A stretch of 64,000 nt of DNA, from NCBI RefSeq assembly GCF_031769215.1, contig NW_026782195.1, positions 434,001 through 498,000 on the forward strand. The letters run 5' to 3'. The notes beneath the pieces were generated by a model, which ran no database searches, was not told the DNA's origin, and was given only the letters and a program-made list of their open reading frames with translations. The stretch is from Ylistrum balloti (Eukaryota). Made by a program: the position numbers and the translations under genes. Below are positions 62,002-64,000 of this stretch, in pieces. How positions within the stretch are numbered: the first letter of the stretch is position 1; every line of letters starts with the position of its first letter.

Positions 62002-63433
62002 GGTTACGATCTTTGACTGGAATATTCAAATGGAATGGACTGATAAGACTACGAATGTTTACACATCCGAATATGTTAACTGTCTGTTATATAATTATAT
62101 GTCTCTTTAGTTTACCTTTTCTACAACACCGGCAATAAGTAAATCTACGCTACCTTGTTGACCTGTATTGTTTGAGAATAACGCTTTGATAATGAAGTAG
62201 ATTTTGTTCAGAATTTGTTAAACAATTTGGTTACGTTAATGATCATGAAACTAGAGAACTCCGACATGCGGTAGAAATATGAAGTAGGAATGGGGCGAGA
62301 GAAAGTGGGAAACACACATAGACACACACAGCTAGTGGCAACGTCATGCTAAGGGTGTTTTGGAAAATATCTGAAAACTTTTCGGCGACAATTTTAATCG
62401 AATACTAAATTATTAAATGACATGCGCGAATTTCTTGGAATATGAGAATACACTATCTATTAAATGCTTTTGACACTAATGAAGAAACATCGCACTGCTA
62501 TTTGATATTAGCTGCCATTACTATTGATTTTATAAAACCGTTAATAATTGTTTCAGGTATATGTACTATCACGGTGTGACAGAATGACTTTGTGTTAATA
62601 CAAATGTACCTCATCATAATTAAGATGGCACACTAGGATGTTTTATCAAAAGTGCAGTATTCATGATGCTGTGTTAAATATGATAGGATAAGATTTAATT
62701 CCAATGACATGGGATCTTACCTTGAACTTTCTGTGCTCTAGTTTTGATATTTAAATGAAATAGCAACACTTTGTTTTAATCAATATAGGGATTTATATGG
62801 ATCGAAAGCAGTGCCATAATTGTATATTATATCATCAACGAGGAGCAAGATCTTCCAAAAGTACATCTTGTATTTTCTTATTTTAAAAAATATTCTTTTT
62901 TTTTTTACACTTACACACATAGGCATAAGACACATATTTTAATTCAGGCATGCCCCTATACGTGATCTGGCATGAGTTTCCATTAGAAAAGTGAATTTGT
63001 GAAACGAGTCTTACGATCTTTTCATTTTAACGAGCCTTTGGCGAGGAATTGGATGGTAGCTTTTGGGTTAGGTATGCTTAGAAATGTTTCAATTAATTTT
63101 GAGAAAGTGCTCGCTTGCTGCTTTAATCAATGTGTATTATAAGTTTGATTCCTTACTATACAGGCCAGGTATTTATTGAAGATCAAGATATTATATGTCT
63201 GAATATTGAATAATTAATATTCTGTATGAAGAATGAACATAAACAAACATTCACTTCAACAACAATTTTTTTTCGTGCCAATTCTTGTTATTACCAAATC
63301 CTAGGCCCAGAACGAAAACTTGAGATAAAATATCGAAACTGACGTTCTCAGATAGGAAGACGAGAACTAAACATGTGTATGGGACAACACCATATGGTCT
63401 TCTTCCTCTTTGGTGATTATATGAAACTGCTCG

Positions 63434-63642
63434 CATTTAACCCGGATGAACACATTCATACCTTAAACATCTGGTAATTACGTCACAATCAAGGTCATAT
63501 GGTATCCGTGTCTAAATTGTTTTAGTGCTTATATGAGATTGCCCACATTTAACCCGGATGAACACATTCATACCTTAAACATCTGGTAATTACGTCACAG
63601 CCAAGGTCAAATGGTATCCGTGTCTACAATGTTTTAGTGCTA
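63434..63642. repeat. 112-bp-period tandem duplication
   Basis: CATTTAACCCGGATGAACAC...GTTTTAGTGCT at 63434 and 63546. Confidence 0.9.
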
Positions 63643-64000
63643 ATAGGTCATTCATGATTCCAGTTCAAATCGACGTTTAATTTGTATCGAAGAGGTACCT
63701 TATTTCATATCTCTTTTGGTGTTTTGTATTAGTAGGTTCATTTCTCTGCCCTTTATTATTTATGAATGATAACTGTACGTGTACATGTATTTAATTATTT
63801 TAAGCTGTGTTAAGAATTGCCTGAATAAGATAACTTTTTAGTTTATTTTCCACCTTACAAAATCGTTTGTGATCTTCTATGTCTTATCTGCAGCTTTTAA
63901 ATAAAATCTTATAATAAAAAACAAAGACTGCGAACTAAATATTTTGAAACAAAGAAAAATGCAGTTTTACAAATTTCATTGTGATTTTATGTGATTTTGA

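Noticed and set aside
62600-62880. A fifth Penelope-like relic (GSYLEL)
   Set aside because: Too degenerate to support.

Overview
AT-rich, intron-rich animal genomic DNA, most likely a bivalve mollusc (inferred from repeat families and gene content). There are two assembly gaps (1647-1818, 50994-51254). I assembled six spliced genes by hand from GT-AG sites with continuous reading frame. (1) A 26-coding-exon TUT4/TUT7-type terminal uridylyltransferase on the minus strand (25244 to 209, about 1849 aa). (2) Head-to-head with it across a compact bidirectional promoter, a 15-exon REXO1 DEDDh 3'-5' exonuclease (27218-42839, about 1288 aa). (3) A secreted protein of about 210 aa resembling the anti-lipopolysaccharide-factor (ALF) fold but lacking its cysteines. 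(4-6) Three paralogous small secreted EMI-domain-only proteins. Repeats include two Helentron-type non-autonomous elements, a piggyBac-type MITE, four Penelope-like RT relics, SINE relics, a Kolobok-like relic and many minisatellites. The most striking pattern is that three separate intronic tandem arrays are amplified copies of the preceding exon's 3' end plus its 5' splice site. One of them is a 36-bp, in-frame array that could add variable numbers of Cys-containing 12-aa repeats to a secreted protein. All calls come from reading the sequence; no database searches were run.
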